A stretch of DNA of 54,956 bases, counting the filler, from Ionaspis alba (taxonomy: Eukaryota), in assembly GCA_964255285.1 (NCBI GenBank). It is 3 parts of 3 records of this genome, joined end to end, with 100 filler letters (N's around TTAATTAATTAA, not from the genome) between each part and the next. Parts side by side here need not be neighbours in the genome. Positions count along the whole stretch, not along the records: positions 18,568 to 36,716 come from CAXUUL010000293.1; positions 36,817 to 54,956 come from CAXUUL010000294.1; 1 more part is not named here. One strand, written 5' to 3'. Under the pieces are notes generated by a model, which was given only the letters and a program-made list of their open reading frames with translations, had not been told where the DNA came from and did not search any database. The stretch's first letter is position 1. Each line of letters opens with the position of its first letter. The position numbers and the translations under genes are program-made. Positions 24,889 to 36,823 of this stretch are shown here, piece by piece.

Positions 24889-26079
24889 CTAAGTTACCGT
24901 CCTCGCAGGCGGCTTCGCACATGTCGAGATAGTCGCGTACGGCTCAGTAGCAGTCACGGGGACCTCCCGCTTAATCGTCTCCGCCTTCACCAGCACTGGT
25001 ATCACGGCTCCTGTCCTCAACGGAAACACACGATGACCCAGTACTGCCCCAGCCACAAACGATTAGCAATCCCACTCGCATATAAAATCCTGACCCCATC
25101 TACCCCAGCAGGAGAAGAAAGGGGACTCACCTCTCAACAGACTCGCGATCTCCCCCGAATGGCTCGTCACGCTAACATAACTACTATCATCACTCCCGAA
25201 AATATCATCCAGGACCTTCCTACTCCTTATATCTTCATCCACGCTCGTCTCTGCCCGCAACGGCTTCCACAACAAATCCGTTTCCGAAAATCCCTTCTCA
25301 AACACATATGAAAGGAACCGCGCTTGGATACTCGTTCTGCTACTCCTCCGATCACACGTATGCCCGCTGATGCCTTCGCGAAAGAATTCTTTCACTTCCG
25401 GGATGAAGGGATGGCGGGAGGGGAGGTCAAGATTATTGAAGGTGAGGGCCGCCGTGGAGAGACAACGTGTTAGCGGGCTGGTGTAATACCGCTGCGGAGC
25501 GGGTGTTTTCCGGATCTCCAGTTGGGAAGCCCAGAAATTGTGGGCGATTTGGGCTTGCGCGATGCCGGTAGGGGTAAGAGCTGCGTCGGCCCAGGTGACG
25601 GTGGCGTTGCCGTCGAGGAGAGACCAATAACACTATGGTAGTGGGTATCAGCGGCGTGAATACTGAGAGGATAGCGGGAGGTTGGCCGCACATTCCAAGC
25701 TGGAGTCCCATAGAAGGCCTCGGCTGCGTTGTGGTAGCCCTCGCCGTGGCGGCCGAGATAAAGGAGTTTGTATTGAATAAAGCGTCCGCTGAGGCGATTG
25801 AGGTGGAAGAGTTGGTGCGCAAAGCGCTGCCATTGAGTCTTAGTGCCGTGCGGGTCGTAGGTGCTATCGGTGTCGTAGGAGCGGTTGATGAGGCCAAAGT
25901 TCGTTGCGGTCTAAGATGGGGGCTTTTGTCAGTGGAAGATCTTCCAAAATGAAGGGAGTGGCTTGCGTAGTCGAAGGTGCTGGCGTTTGTCACTGGGCTG
26001 TCTTGTTGGAAGTAGCCAGTAAGGGTTGTGTATTTTATGTATTCAGGAGATTTGGCTTCACTCGCAATTGCGAAGAAGT
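24889..26079 (-). CDS. Histidine phosphatase / phosphoglycerate mutase-like protein (PMU1-like), probably secreted; 5' end lies in a gap
   Basis: The spliced frame has YTTLTGYFQQD, YKLLYLGRHGEGYHNAAE (RHG motif), YYTSPLTRCL, REGISGHTCDRRS, SVTSHSGEIASLLR and LRTGAVIPVLVKAE. The stop is at 24889 and the start is lost in the N-gap 26080-26179. Confidence 0.88.
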
Positions 26080-27102
26080 NNNNNNNNNNNNNNNNNNNNN
26101 NNNNNNNNNNNNNNNNNNNNNNNNNNNNNNNNNNNNNNNNNNNNNNNNNNNNNNNNNNNNNNNNNNNNNNNNNNNNNNNTAACACTCAAAGAGAGAATGG
26201 TATAGAAATAGATTGTTCTGTTCTCAAGACACGGGTTTGGCCAGCTTGTAGGTCGTTACTCCTAGGCTCAAGGGGTGCGGGGTGTACATGCATATAAGGT
26301 AAACGTACATCAGCGCATAGAGGCATCTGTAGTCTCGATATCTTCGCAATCAGTCTTTCGGAACAGCGTCTGCCACCATTTGTGCACTATTTGAATAACA
26401 TGTTGGCATTTGATAAGCACGGCTTAGAGTGAAGCGTGGAACGCAACGGTTGAACGAGACAAGATGAGTTTCACGCGTGCAAGAAAGGAGCACGGAAACA
26501 GTGCATATAGCGTAAAGTAGTTACAAAGATGCAAATGCACACAACATTTGGTACGCAATTCGTTGTAGGATATCAATTGTATGGCGCTCGAAAATAAAAT
26601 AGTCGTGTGCTGGAGCCTGCGACACTGTCCTTGACCAGCTCAACTACCATACCACCATTCCATAGGATATGCAGAGAAACGAGAAGTACTGAGAGAAATG
26701 ATGTAATTCTGGTTGGCAATTCGAATGGACAATAGGCAACTAATAAGTGGAGCAAAAGACGATACTTTTAGTTATCGGACAATTCTTCCCTTTCTTATCA
26801 GGAGCCGCCCAGAAAATCAACGGCCGCCCACGCGCGCCTTACCGCATCGTGCCTGCCCGCCCACCGGGCCAAGTGTTGTTTTTCTCGACTTCGCCCCACC
26901 AAAGAGAACAGCTCCGCCAAGTTGTCCTGTTTCACCGTCCATTCCTACAATCTTACACCGTAATACCTACAAAGCATCCATTTGTCTTCTCACTCTTTCT
27001 CTGCAGCTTCCGAAACTCTCATTATTCATTCTGCAGGTCAATTGACCAGTTCAGTACTGATTTAAGCCTCCCCGCCCGTCCGGACTGCTCGTCCCAGCAA
27101 CC

Positions 27103-30100
27103 ATGGCGGGCACGAACGGTCCTTTCGATCAGTACGCAGAGGTATTCGATGAAGGTCACGATAGTCTTCGAGATGGTGTGCATCAGCGGATCAGGGCGAA
27201 TAGCTCTATAATGCAATTGAGGAAGATACTAGGTACACAACAGACTTATCGAACCTCTCTGGAGGCTGTTTTTCTGGATTGCAGCTGACACGAGGCGATT
27301 GATCTACAGTGGCCAACAGAGGAGAGATTCGTGAGTCTATTCCGTCCAGATTTGTACTCTCAAGTAATTGCTGACTCTTTTTCTAGCTATCCGAGTATGT
27401 CCCACAAGCTGGTTGTTGTATGGAGAAATGCTCACGACGCATTGGTGTGACAGATCTTCCGAACGGTAAGCTCCCAATGCTGAATCTCCCTGGCTGCCCA
27501 ATCCAAGGCCGGGATTGTTACTACTCTCTGCCAATTGAAAGCACAGCGCTGGAGCTAATTCGCGAGCGCCGCAGGCTCACGAGCTATCACTTCATACTGT
27601 GGCAGTCTTCAGGTAGATCGTCATCTTTGCGAGGAGAATCAGTCCTTCGGCTTACCTGTACAGCTATGAGGACCGTCTGAGCATGCATCGGCAAAGTCAG
27701 TCTTCCTCGAGCTAATAACGTTGATGTGGATTGTACTGATGCAGTTTATACGATTGTAGAAGCCGACGAAGCCTACATGATTGGCAAGCGAGGTCAATAC
27801 ACACCAGTAGGAGCGTATCTAGCGGGACAGGAAATAATCAAGATTGCTCTACAGCACGGCGTGAACATGATCCATCCTGGCTATGGGTTCCTATCAGAAA
27901 ATGCCGAGTTCGCCAGAAATGTTGAGGAGGCCGGGCTCATCTTCGTTGGACCAACAGCCGACACTATCGATGCTTTGGGTGACAAGGTCTCCGCGAGAAC
28001 GCTAGCTATGAAAAGCAAGGTCCCTGTGGTTCCGGGCACACCAGGACCTGTGGGGAAGTTTGAAGACGTAAAGAAGTTCACTGATGAGTACGGTTTCCCA
28101 ATCATCATCAAAGCAGCCTTTGGCGGCGGAGGGCGTGGTATGAGAGTTGTTCGAAAGCAAGAAGACCTGAAAGACTCCTTCGAGCGAGCGACTTCGGAGG
28201 CCAAGTCAGCTTTTGGCAATGGCACTGTTTTCGTCGAACGTTTCCTGGACAAACCAAAGCACATTGAAGTCCAGCTTCTGGGAGACAATCATGGAAACGT
28301 TGTTCATCTCTACGAGCGAGATTGCAGTGTCCAGCGACGGCATCAAAAGGTGGTGGAGTTGGCACCTGCAAAGGACTTGCCAGCGGAAGTTCGCGATAGC
28401 ATTCTCGCAGATGCTGTCAAGCTGGCCAAATCGGTCAATTACCGCAATGCGGGTACTGCAGAATTCCTGGTGGATCAACAAAACCGGTACTACTTCATCG
28501 AGATCAATCCTCGAATTCAAGTCGAGCATACTATCACGGAAGAAATTACTGGCATCGATATTGTGGCTGCCCAGATCCAGGTAGCGGCTGGAGCTTCGCT
28601 GCAACAGCTTGGACTCACTCAGGACCGCATCTCTATCCGTGGTTTTGCGGTCCAGTGTCGAATTACCACCGAAGACCCTGCAAAAGGTTTCTCACCAGAC
28701 ACTGGCAAGATTGAGGTGTACCGTTCCGCTGGCGGTAATGGTGTCCGTCTGGATGGTGGTAACGGCTTCGCGGGCGCCATTATCACGCCTTACTACGACT
28801 CTATGTTGGTGAAATGCACATGTCATGGTTCAACATACGAGATTGCACGAAGAAAGATGCTGCGTGCTCTAGTCGAGTTTCGTATTCGTGGTGTCAAGAC
28901 CAACATCCCGTTCCTGGCTTCTTTACTTACACATCCAACCTTCATCGAAGGGACTTGCTGGACCACATTCATTGATGACACTCCAGAGCTGTTCGCGCTC
29001 GTCGGCAGCCAAAACCGTGCGCAGAAATTATTGGCCTATCTAGGAGATGTGGCTGTCAATGGTAGCAGCATCAAGGGCCAGATCGGCGAGCCCAAGTTCA
29101 AAGGCGATATCATCATGCCTCAGATGCTTGATGACCAGGGCAAAGTTATCGAAGAACCCACGCCTTGCAAACAGGGCTGGAAGCAAGTCCTTGACTCGAA
29201 AGGCCCAGAAGGATTCGCGAAGGCTGTTCGTGCAAACAAAGGCTGCCTCATCATGGATACGACATGGCGTGATGCTCACCAGTCTCTGCTTGCTACGCGA
29301 GTCCGTACCGTCGATCTGCTCAACATCGCAAGAGAGACTAGCTATGCCTACAGCAACGCATACAGTTTAGAATGTTGGGGTGGCGCGACCTTTGATGTGG
29401 CGATGAGATTCTTGTATGAGGACCCTTGGGATCGCCTGCGGAAGATGCGAAGAGCAGTCCCCAACATCCCGTTCCAAATGTTGCTTCGGGGAGCTAACGG
29501 TGTGGCTTATTCGTCTCTGCCTGACAACGCCATTTTCCACTTCTGTGAACAGGCTAAGAAGTACGGAGTTGACATTTTCCGTATCTTCGATGCTCTGAAC
29601 GACGTCGCCCAGCTTGAAGTTGGTATAAAGGCCGTACAGAAGGCTGGTGGTGTGGTTGAAGGAACTATTTGCTACAGTGGTGACATGCTGAATCCTAAGA
29701 AGAAATATAACTTGGAATACTACATGGGTCTGGTCGACAAGATTGTCAAGCTTGGTACCCATGTCCTTGGTATCAAGGACATGGCCGGTGTTCTCAAGCC
29801 CAAGGCAGCAACACTCTTGATTGGGTCTATTCGCAAGAAGTATCCAGATCTTCCAATCCACGTTCACACCCACGATTCTGCTGGTACGGGTGTCGCAACC
29901 TACGTCGCCTGTGCACAAGCAGGAGCAGACGCCGTAGACACTGCCACGGATAGCATGTCAGGCATGACCTCACAGCCCAGTGTCGGTGCTCTGTTGGCAT
30001 CACTTGAAGGCACTGAGTACGACCCTGGTCTAAACGGTCACAACGTTCGAGCTCTAGATACCTACTGGGCTCAACTACGACTCCTGTACTCACCGTTCGA

Positions 30101-31175
30101 AGCCGGACTAACAGGACCCGATCCCGAAGTCTACGAACACGAGATTCCTGGTGGACAGCTAACGAACCTGATCTTCCAAGCTTCCCAGTTGGGCTTGGGT
30201 ACTCAGTGGGCACAGACAAAGAAAGCCTATGAGCAAGCCAATGACCTTCTTGGGGACATTGTCAAGGTCACGCCAACCTCCAAAGTGGTCGGGGACTTGG
30301 CTCAATTCATGGTCTCCAACAAGCTCAGCTATGACGACGTCCTGTCGAAGGCAGAGCAGCTCGACTTCCCCGGCTCCGTCCTCGAGTTCTTCGAAGGTCT
30401 CATGGGTCAGCCATACGGTGGCTTCCCGGAGCCACTGCGCAGCCAAGCTCTTCGTGGTCGTCGTAAGCTCGACAAGCGCCCCGGTCTTACTCTCGAGCCT
30501 TTGGACCTGCCAAAGATCAAGAAAGAGATCAACGAGAAGTTTGGCAGTGCTTCTGAATGCGACGTCGCCAGCTTCGCCATGTATCCCAAGGTCTTCGAAG
30601 ACTATCGGAAGTTCATCTCCACTTACGGAGATTTGTCCGTACTGCCAACGAGATATTTCTTAGCAAGACCGGAAATCGGCGAAGAGTTCCATGTCGAGCT
30701 TGAGAAGGGCAAGGTGCTTATCCTGAAGTTGTTGGCCATAGGACCACTTTCGGATACTACGGGACAGAGGGAGGTCTTTTACGAGATGAATGGGGAGGTC
30801 CGACAAGTTACCGTTGACGACAAGAACGCTGCGGTTGAGAATACTAGCCGGCCCAAAGCTGATAGCGGTGATAGTAGCCAGGTTGGTGCACCGATGTCGG
30901 GTGTCGTTGTTGAGGTTAGGGTGCATGAGGGCAGTGAGGTGAAGAAGGGGGATCCGGTTGCTGTGCTGAGTGCGATGAAAATGGTATGTTGCTCTCCTAC
31001 ACGAATTCTCCGGAGATCTTTGCAGGCAATGGAAGAGCATGGCTAATCTGTTCTACAGGAGATGGTCATCAGTGCACCGCACTCTGGCAAGATTGGATCA
31101 CTGCAAGTCAAGGAAGGTGATTCGGTCGATGGACAAGATCTCGTCTGTAAGATTGTCAAGGCGGAGAAGAGCTAG
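27103..31175 (+). CDS. PYC1: Pyruvate carboxylase
   Basis: [20 protein letters not shown] is assembled from micro-exons. Further motifs are HPGYGFLSEN, GGGGRGMR, ERDCSVQRRHQK, RDAHQS, ECWGGATFD, HVHTHD and the biotin attachment site SAMKM|E. The last exon ends KAEKS*. Confidence 0.98.
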
Positions 31176-31804
31176 ATGGTCTCTGTGCTGAGCTCGTTCT
31201 TGGTCACTGTATCTTTGGCTGTACTATGTAGTGGTTTTGCTGCTCTGCTGGCGGTTGTTTCGAGAGTGCTGTACGGACTAGTAGCATGGCTAGAATGCTT
31301 TCTTATTCCTGGAACACGTGTGAAGTCCTTCTGTGCTATTGTGACATCACACCTCAAAGCACAAGATCATGCCGGACATCTCCCCGCCGAAGATATCANN
31401 NNNNNNNNNNNNNNNNNNNNNNNNNNNNNNNNNNNNNNNNNNNNNNNNNNNNNNNNNNNNNNNNNNNNNNNNNNNNNNNNNNNNNNNNNNNNNNNNNNGC
31501 ATGTGAAAAGCTCAGACCAAGGCGGGGCGTCCCAACGGCGATTACACCAGGCCGAAAGCTGGCCCTTGCGTAGCTGGAGTGGTGAGATCATCGGCAAGGA
31601 CTCTCCAAAGCTCGATTGGCGAGCGAGGGGCAGCTTCGGCCCTTTTTACTTGCTAACGTGCTTGTCTGCTCCTCCTTTCATACCAATATCAACGACTACT
31701 GCCCCACATCCCACCTTGCGAACAAAGAATCTCGAACTTCCTCATCTAAGTCTCTACAAATCGAACTTCAGCAACTACACTCAGATCCGAATCAGCAAGC
31801 CATA

Positions 31805-32233
31805 ATGTCGTCCAAGCCCTCCGATTCCAAGGGCATCATTGCCCAAGCTACCGGTGCTGGTTCCTCAGAGCGTAGACGGGTAAGCCACTCTCCTACTCCC
31901 TTCGTCCATATTAATTCTCTCTCCTCCGCCATGCCTTCAGGCCAACCCCCCCTCCTCCTCAAATGCTCACTCCACGTGAACCTGACTGATACCTCTACAC
32001 ACAGTCCTCCGCCGGCTCCGGCAAATTCTCCGGCCTCGTCAACCAGAAACGCAACTCTACCGACATCTCAGCCCAGACCCGCAAGGCGAGCTTCGACGAG
32101 CAGAAGCCGGCGCCGGGAATTATCGGGAGTATGTGGAATAGGTACGTCTGCTACACCTTGTTGCGTTATGGTACCAATTGAAGGGGATGGTTGCTGATGG
32201 GGGTTAAGTTTTACAAAGGGAACAGGGAAGTGA
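31805..32233 (+). CDS. Small (78 aa) conidiation-specific protein 8 (con-8)-like protein
   Basis: Exons 31805-31879, 32005-32141 and 32209-32233 give MSSKPSDSKGIIAQATGAGSSERRR|SSAGSGKFSGLVNQKRNSTDISAQTRKASFDEQKPAPGIIGSMWNS|FTKGTGK*. The RRSS..F.GL.NQKRNS..R.S..EQ...G..W...T.G pattern is recognised from the con-8 family. Confidence 0.78.
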
Positions 32234-33213
32234 GGAGGAGTTGATGGGTCGAGGGAGGATGGGGATGTCGCAGAGGACTGCGCTGTACGAGTTTCCTTGG
32301 TGTACTTTCAGCGGTGGAGATGGGTGGCGGAGCGGAGTTTGAGGGTGCTACCGGCTGGGAGGCTTAGCTTCTGATCGCTTGTGTGTATTATAGGTTGATG
32401 ATGTGATTATTGTGCTTGTATTGCTACTAATTGTACTCTGTTGGCAATTTGCTCTGTTTACTTGCTCCATCACAAGTGCCTGATTGGGGAATGTTTTTCT
32501 GGGTGGTCTCCTCGTCATTATCGACCACTTGAATGTCATGAATCTTATGACGCCTTGATTCTCCTCACAACGTGGCTCTGTTTTCGTAGCATCGCCTTTT
32601 CAGACCACGCCCAATGTGATATACATTCGAAGACGAGACTTTGACAGTGAAACAGGAGAGTTGATGACCAGTTATCAGAGCTACATGCATTCCCATGACA
32701 AATCGTTATTCATGGCATCACATGCGATTCTGGCATAACTCTACCTTTCTATAGACTTTAGGTTGCAGAAGACCATTGAAGACATTAGAAAAGAGTGGCT
32801 CTTCCGCCCAAATGTCCTGAGAACAGCAACAACATTCACCTGATTCATGAGGGAGACTACAGCAAAGATCAATACGTAGCTCCATTGTTCAACGGCCGTT
32901 CAAAATAGTGGCGACCTTCGGCTCTGAGCCCTTAGAGAGGCCAAGCATTTCCGATGTTAGGGGGATCTACGGCCCCAGTAAGGCAACTAAAGTCCCCTGG
33001 ACCCTTGAAATACAAAAATGCATCTTCGATAATGACGTCGGTCTCTGAGGATTTGCCGGAAGCATGTCATCCACGCAAACAAAGCTCATCATCTCCATTA
33101 ACATTCGTCCTGAAATTACTCTATCTTTCCCACTTGACACCGTTGTGACTGCACAGTAAATTGTTGAATCATCATCTTCTCCTCCTAAAGCTCCAGATCA
33201 AATCATCAATTGA

Positions 33214-34016
33214 ATGTCGTTCTCCACGAACATGTCCAAGGCTTTCCAAGTCCACAAGCGCAAGATCTACTTCGTTGGCGGTCTCGCAAGTACATTTCCC
33301 TTTTCCAGACTACTTCAGGTCGACCTCTCATGCCTCAAGCGCTATCCCCTAATTTCTCCAGATCCTTTCTCTAACGATCTCCGCTTCTAGCTCTCGGCAC
33401 AGTTCAATACCTCGGTCTAAATCCTCTTGGAGGAGTCGGTAGCAAAATAACAACCCCCGGTATATCAAACATCGAGAAACGATACAGCGCGGGTGGTGGC
33501 TCGAAGGATCATACGCCGGGTGCGGCGACGCCGCTCGGCAACAGTGAGGTCGTGACCGGGAATACACAGAAGCAGGCCGGGACGGGGAGGGAGACGTTGA
33601 AGGAGCAGCTTGGGGGGGATAAGCCAGGTGTGAGTGATGTCTTTTCTAGGTTTGCAAACTTGTCGTTGGAAAATAGTCGTGAAAAAGAGAAAGAATGCCA
33701 GGAAGAGAAAGGAAGACGTTCAGTCCAAGAAGGTTTGCGACTGCGTCGAGGGAAAGGAACGATCGCATTGGAATCTCTAGCTATTAGATGGAAATGTTTG
33801 CTGACAGAAGTATTTCTAGGCCGATACTACTACGGCAACGAAGGTCACGTCGAGAGGTTNNNNNNNNNNNNNNNNNNNNNNNNNNNNNNNNNNNNNNNNN
33901 NNNNNNNNNNNNNNNNNNNNNNNNNNNNNNNNNNNNNNNNNNNNNNNNNNNNNNNNNNNCAGAAGTATTTCTAGGCCGATACTACTACGGCAACGAAGGT
34001 CACGTCGAGAGGTTGA
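33214..34016 (+). CDS. Small spliced hypothetical protein (about 118 aa) with an N-terminal basic and hydrophobic segment
   Basis: Exons are 33214-33289, 33391-33629 and 33820 onward (the stop is read in the duplicated overlap after the gap, 34014-34016). Introns are gtacat...ctaac...ctag and gtgagt...gctgac...ctag. Product: MSFSTNMSKAFQVHKRKIYFVGGLATLGTVQYLGLNPLGGVGSKITTPGISNIEKRYSAGGGSKDHTPGAATPLGNSEVVTGNTQKQAGTGRETLKEQLGGDKPGADTTTATKVTSRG*. Confidence 0.68.
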
Positions 34017-34515
34017 GAATGAGTTGGCTTGTGAAGGACACGATGACGCGGTAACTCTGCGATCTACGGTTCTACTTGCCTGTAGACTCGTTGGGCGTTG
34101 AGGCAAGGATTTTTTCTACGCTCCAGGACCTGTAGAAGATCTGCGAGCAAGGCAATCTTCTTCCACCGTTGAATACTGGATCTCTATATGCAATTCGGCG
34201 CAGCCTATCGAGGACGAGTGGCACGATCTTTTCCTGACGAAGCCACAACCGTCCCAGTGGATCATAACGATTTGAGGCTGAAGTGATGGCCTCTAGTCTG
34301 AATACTCAGGCTTCATGCATATCACAGCGATAGAAAGGCTCCCAACAATCAATGCACATATTCAATGGTTAAGCGGCAAATCACCCAAGCGAAGCCTCCA
34401 TAATATGAATGTAATTGTGTTTGTGGAGCTAAAGCCTCGGACACCAGCAAAGACACTTCGATCTTCAGCGGTCATGTACGGAACCTCTCTGCCTCACTTT
34501 ACGAAGTCAATTTTC

Positions 34516-35258
34516 TCACGCCCGGTCACCACGAACGATACCCTCGAATCTATTCTTGAACCACTTGATCGTCTCCGCTTGGTTGATTTTATGCGAAGCT
34601 CCAACCTTTGTCTGGCATCGTCTCCTCTTCGCAACGCGCTCACCAGGTCGAGTCCTACCTCCAATATTAGCACAGTCCAGCGTATCCCTCGCCCTACAAT
34701 CAAGTCCACGGCCTCACTCACATGCAACAGTAGAAGTCCATTCCGTAGATACCAATTGCCGGATCGTACTTAATTCCCAGATCGATGTGTTCGCTGATGC
34801 CGAAGCCGAAGTTGCCCGTCTCGGAGAAATTCCTCTTCTTGAGTTCGTATTCCTTGACCTTCAATCCACGCTCCAGAATTTCTTCGGCTTTGGGGCCGCG
34901 GACAGTGACGTGGACAGCAATCTTTTCGTTACGTCGGATACCGAATGTTCGGACTGTGTATCGGGCTTTGCCTATTGGTAGAGTTGGTTAGGAGGATGTT
35001 GCAGGGCCAGGGGTGAATATTGGAGGAACGCACTGTAGACGGGTGTTTGACCACTCAGTTGTTCAAGCACTTTGGCGGCACGAGTAAGTCTGTCGCCGGA
35101 TTCACCGACAGAGATATTGAGAACGAGCTTTTGAATCCTCAACTCCCGCATGGGGTTGTTGCTCTTGTCTTTGCCGGATTCCGCCTGTACGAGAGTTTAG
35201 CATTTAACATAACCTCTCATATAATTATAAGACTCAGACACGAGTGTGTACGTACCAT
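34516..35258 (-). CDS. RPL11: 60S ribosomal protein L11 (uL5)
   Basis: An ATG-only first exon is followed by [67 protein letters not shown]...[40 protein letters not shown]...[10 protein letters not shown]. Confidence 0.97.
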
Positions 35259-35538
35259 TGTAGCTTGCGACAAAGAGTGCTGGGTTAGTTTGTCGTTGTC
35301 GTCGTTATTTGTATCACGAATTTTGTGGGAGAGTCGCTAGCGAGAACCCTACCGTGCGACCTAGAGTTTAGCGCGATAAGCGATCGACAAATCTCCAAAT
35401 AGTGTAGAGCTTCGACACGATTTTCGGTTGTCTCTCATCAAGTCGTGTTTCTCCGGCACTTCTGATACAGCTTCCACTGTTATAGAGAAACACTTTATCT
35501 TTGGGCAATACTGTCGCGTTTGCGATTCTTCAGCAAAG
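35259..35538. promoter_or_regulatory. Compact bidirectional promoter region shared by RPL11 and SmB
   Basis: Only 280 bp separate the divergent start codons at 35258 (-) and 35539 (+). Confidence 0.65.
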
Positions 35539-36499
35539 ATGGCGAACAAGCAGGGGAAAATGGTAAGTCTATCCTTCCAGATTCGCGTAGTGGAGCCTTT
35601 CGTTGACCTTGATAGCTGATTTATTTACGTGTAGCAAAACCTCGTGAGTTTCGAATCTCTTCCTCAGACTTCTTTGAAGCCTTTGTGCAACTTAAGGGAA
35701 CTAATTGATCTCAGATCAACTATCGGATGAGGGTTACTTTGAACGATGGACGACAAATGACCGGCCAGATGCTGGCATTCGATAAAGTATGCTTAAATCC
35801 ACTTGATTCTCTAGAATATGCTGATAGGAAAACAGCACATGAACCTCGTCCTCGCAGACACAGAAGAATTCCGTCGAGTCAAGCGCAAACCCACGAAAGG
35901 CGCACAATCCGCACCTGGAAGCACAGCACCCGCCCTTGTCGAATCAGAAGAGAAGCGCACACTTGGTCTCACAATCGTTCGTGGCACGCACATAATCTCA
36001 TGCTCAGTCGACGGTCCTCCACCAGCAGATCCATCTGCAAGGCTCGGAACAAGTGCACCTGGTGGAGCTGGAGGTGCAGCTCCTACATTAGCTACTGGGC
36101 CTGGCATAAGTCGGCCTGCAGGAAGAGGACTGCCTGTGGGATTGAGTGGACCGGCTGCTGGAGTCGGCGGACCTCCACCGCCTGGTGGGTTTAGCGGCTT
36201 CCCGCCTGGAGGATTTCCTGGAGGAGCACCACCTGGGTTTGCAGGTAGAGGAGGACCACCCGGTGGACCACGTGAGTCTCTACCTATCGAGACTACTGAT
36301 ATCAGTTACTGACTTTGATATCATAGCCGGTTTCGGACCACCACCAGGATTTGCTGGAGGACCACGTGAGTTTGAATTCAAATACCCAGAGTGATCACAG
36401 CTGACAGATTCTGTAGCGCAAGGCTTTCAGCCTCCACCGGGCTTTCAACCGCCGCCTGGAGGAAGGGGTTTCCCTCCACCAGGCTTTGGTGGCAGATGA
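35539..36499 (+). CDS. SMB1: Small nuclear ribonucleoprotein SmB/B'
   Basis: MANKQGKM|QNL|INYRMRVTLNDGRQMTGQMLAFDK|HMNLVLADTEEFRR...EEKRTLGLTIVRG, followed by a Pro/Gly-rich tail with GRG motifs ending GFGGR*. It includes a 9-nt micro-exon at 35635-35643. Confidence 0.95.
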
Positions 36500-36716
36500 T
36501 GATTGTCGGACATCCAAGCGGAAGAGGAACAACTACACATGTGTTACACCCGTTCTAATGGCACTAGCTCTCATATTAGTGTGGAATATAGGAAGCTATC
36601 GAGGCTTTGGGTAATTCTTCACGGTATGGGCGTTATGGAGCCTCTGGTTCAATACGCAAGGAAAGCGTCCATGTACCATAAGCATAGCGCAATTGAAGAG
36701 ACCAGAACAAGGTCTC

Positions 36717-36816
36717 NNNNNNNNNNNNNNNNNNNNNNNNNNNNNNNNNNNNNNNNNNNNTTAATTAATTAANNNNNNNNNNNNNNNNNNNNNNNNNNNN
36801 NNNNNNNNNNNNNNNN
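36717..36816. other. Artificial scaffold gap with TTAATTAATTAA linker; it hides the last exon of the class V chitin synthase
   Basis: A 100-nt N block with the linker at 36761-36772. A gtaagt donor at 36823 (-) runs into the gap. Confidence 0.9.
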
Positions 36817-36823
36817 AACTTAC

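Noticed and set aside
36270..36490. Repeated ggaccacgtgagt and ccaccaggattt/ccaccgggcttt units in SmB
   Set aside because: They are explained by the Pro/Gly-rich repetitive SmB tail and two similar splice donors, not by a separate element or CRISPR-like array.
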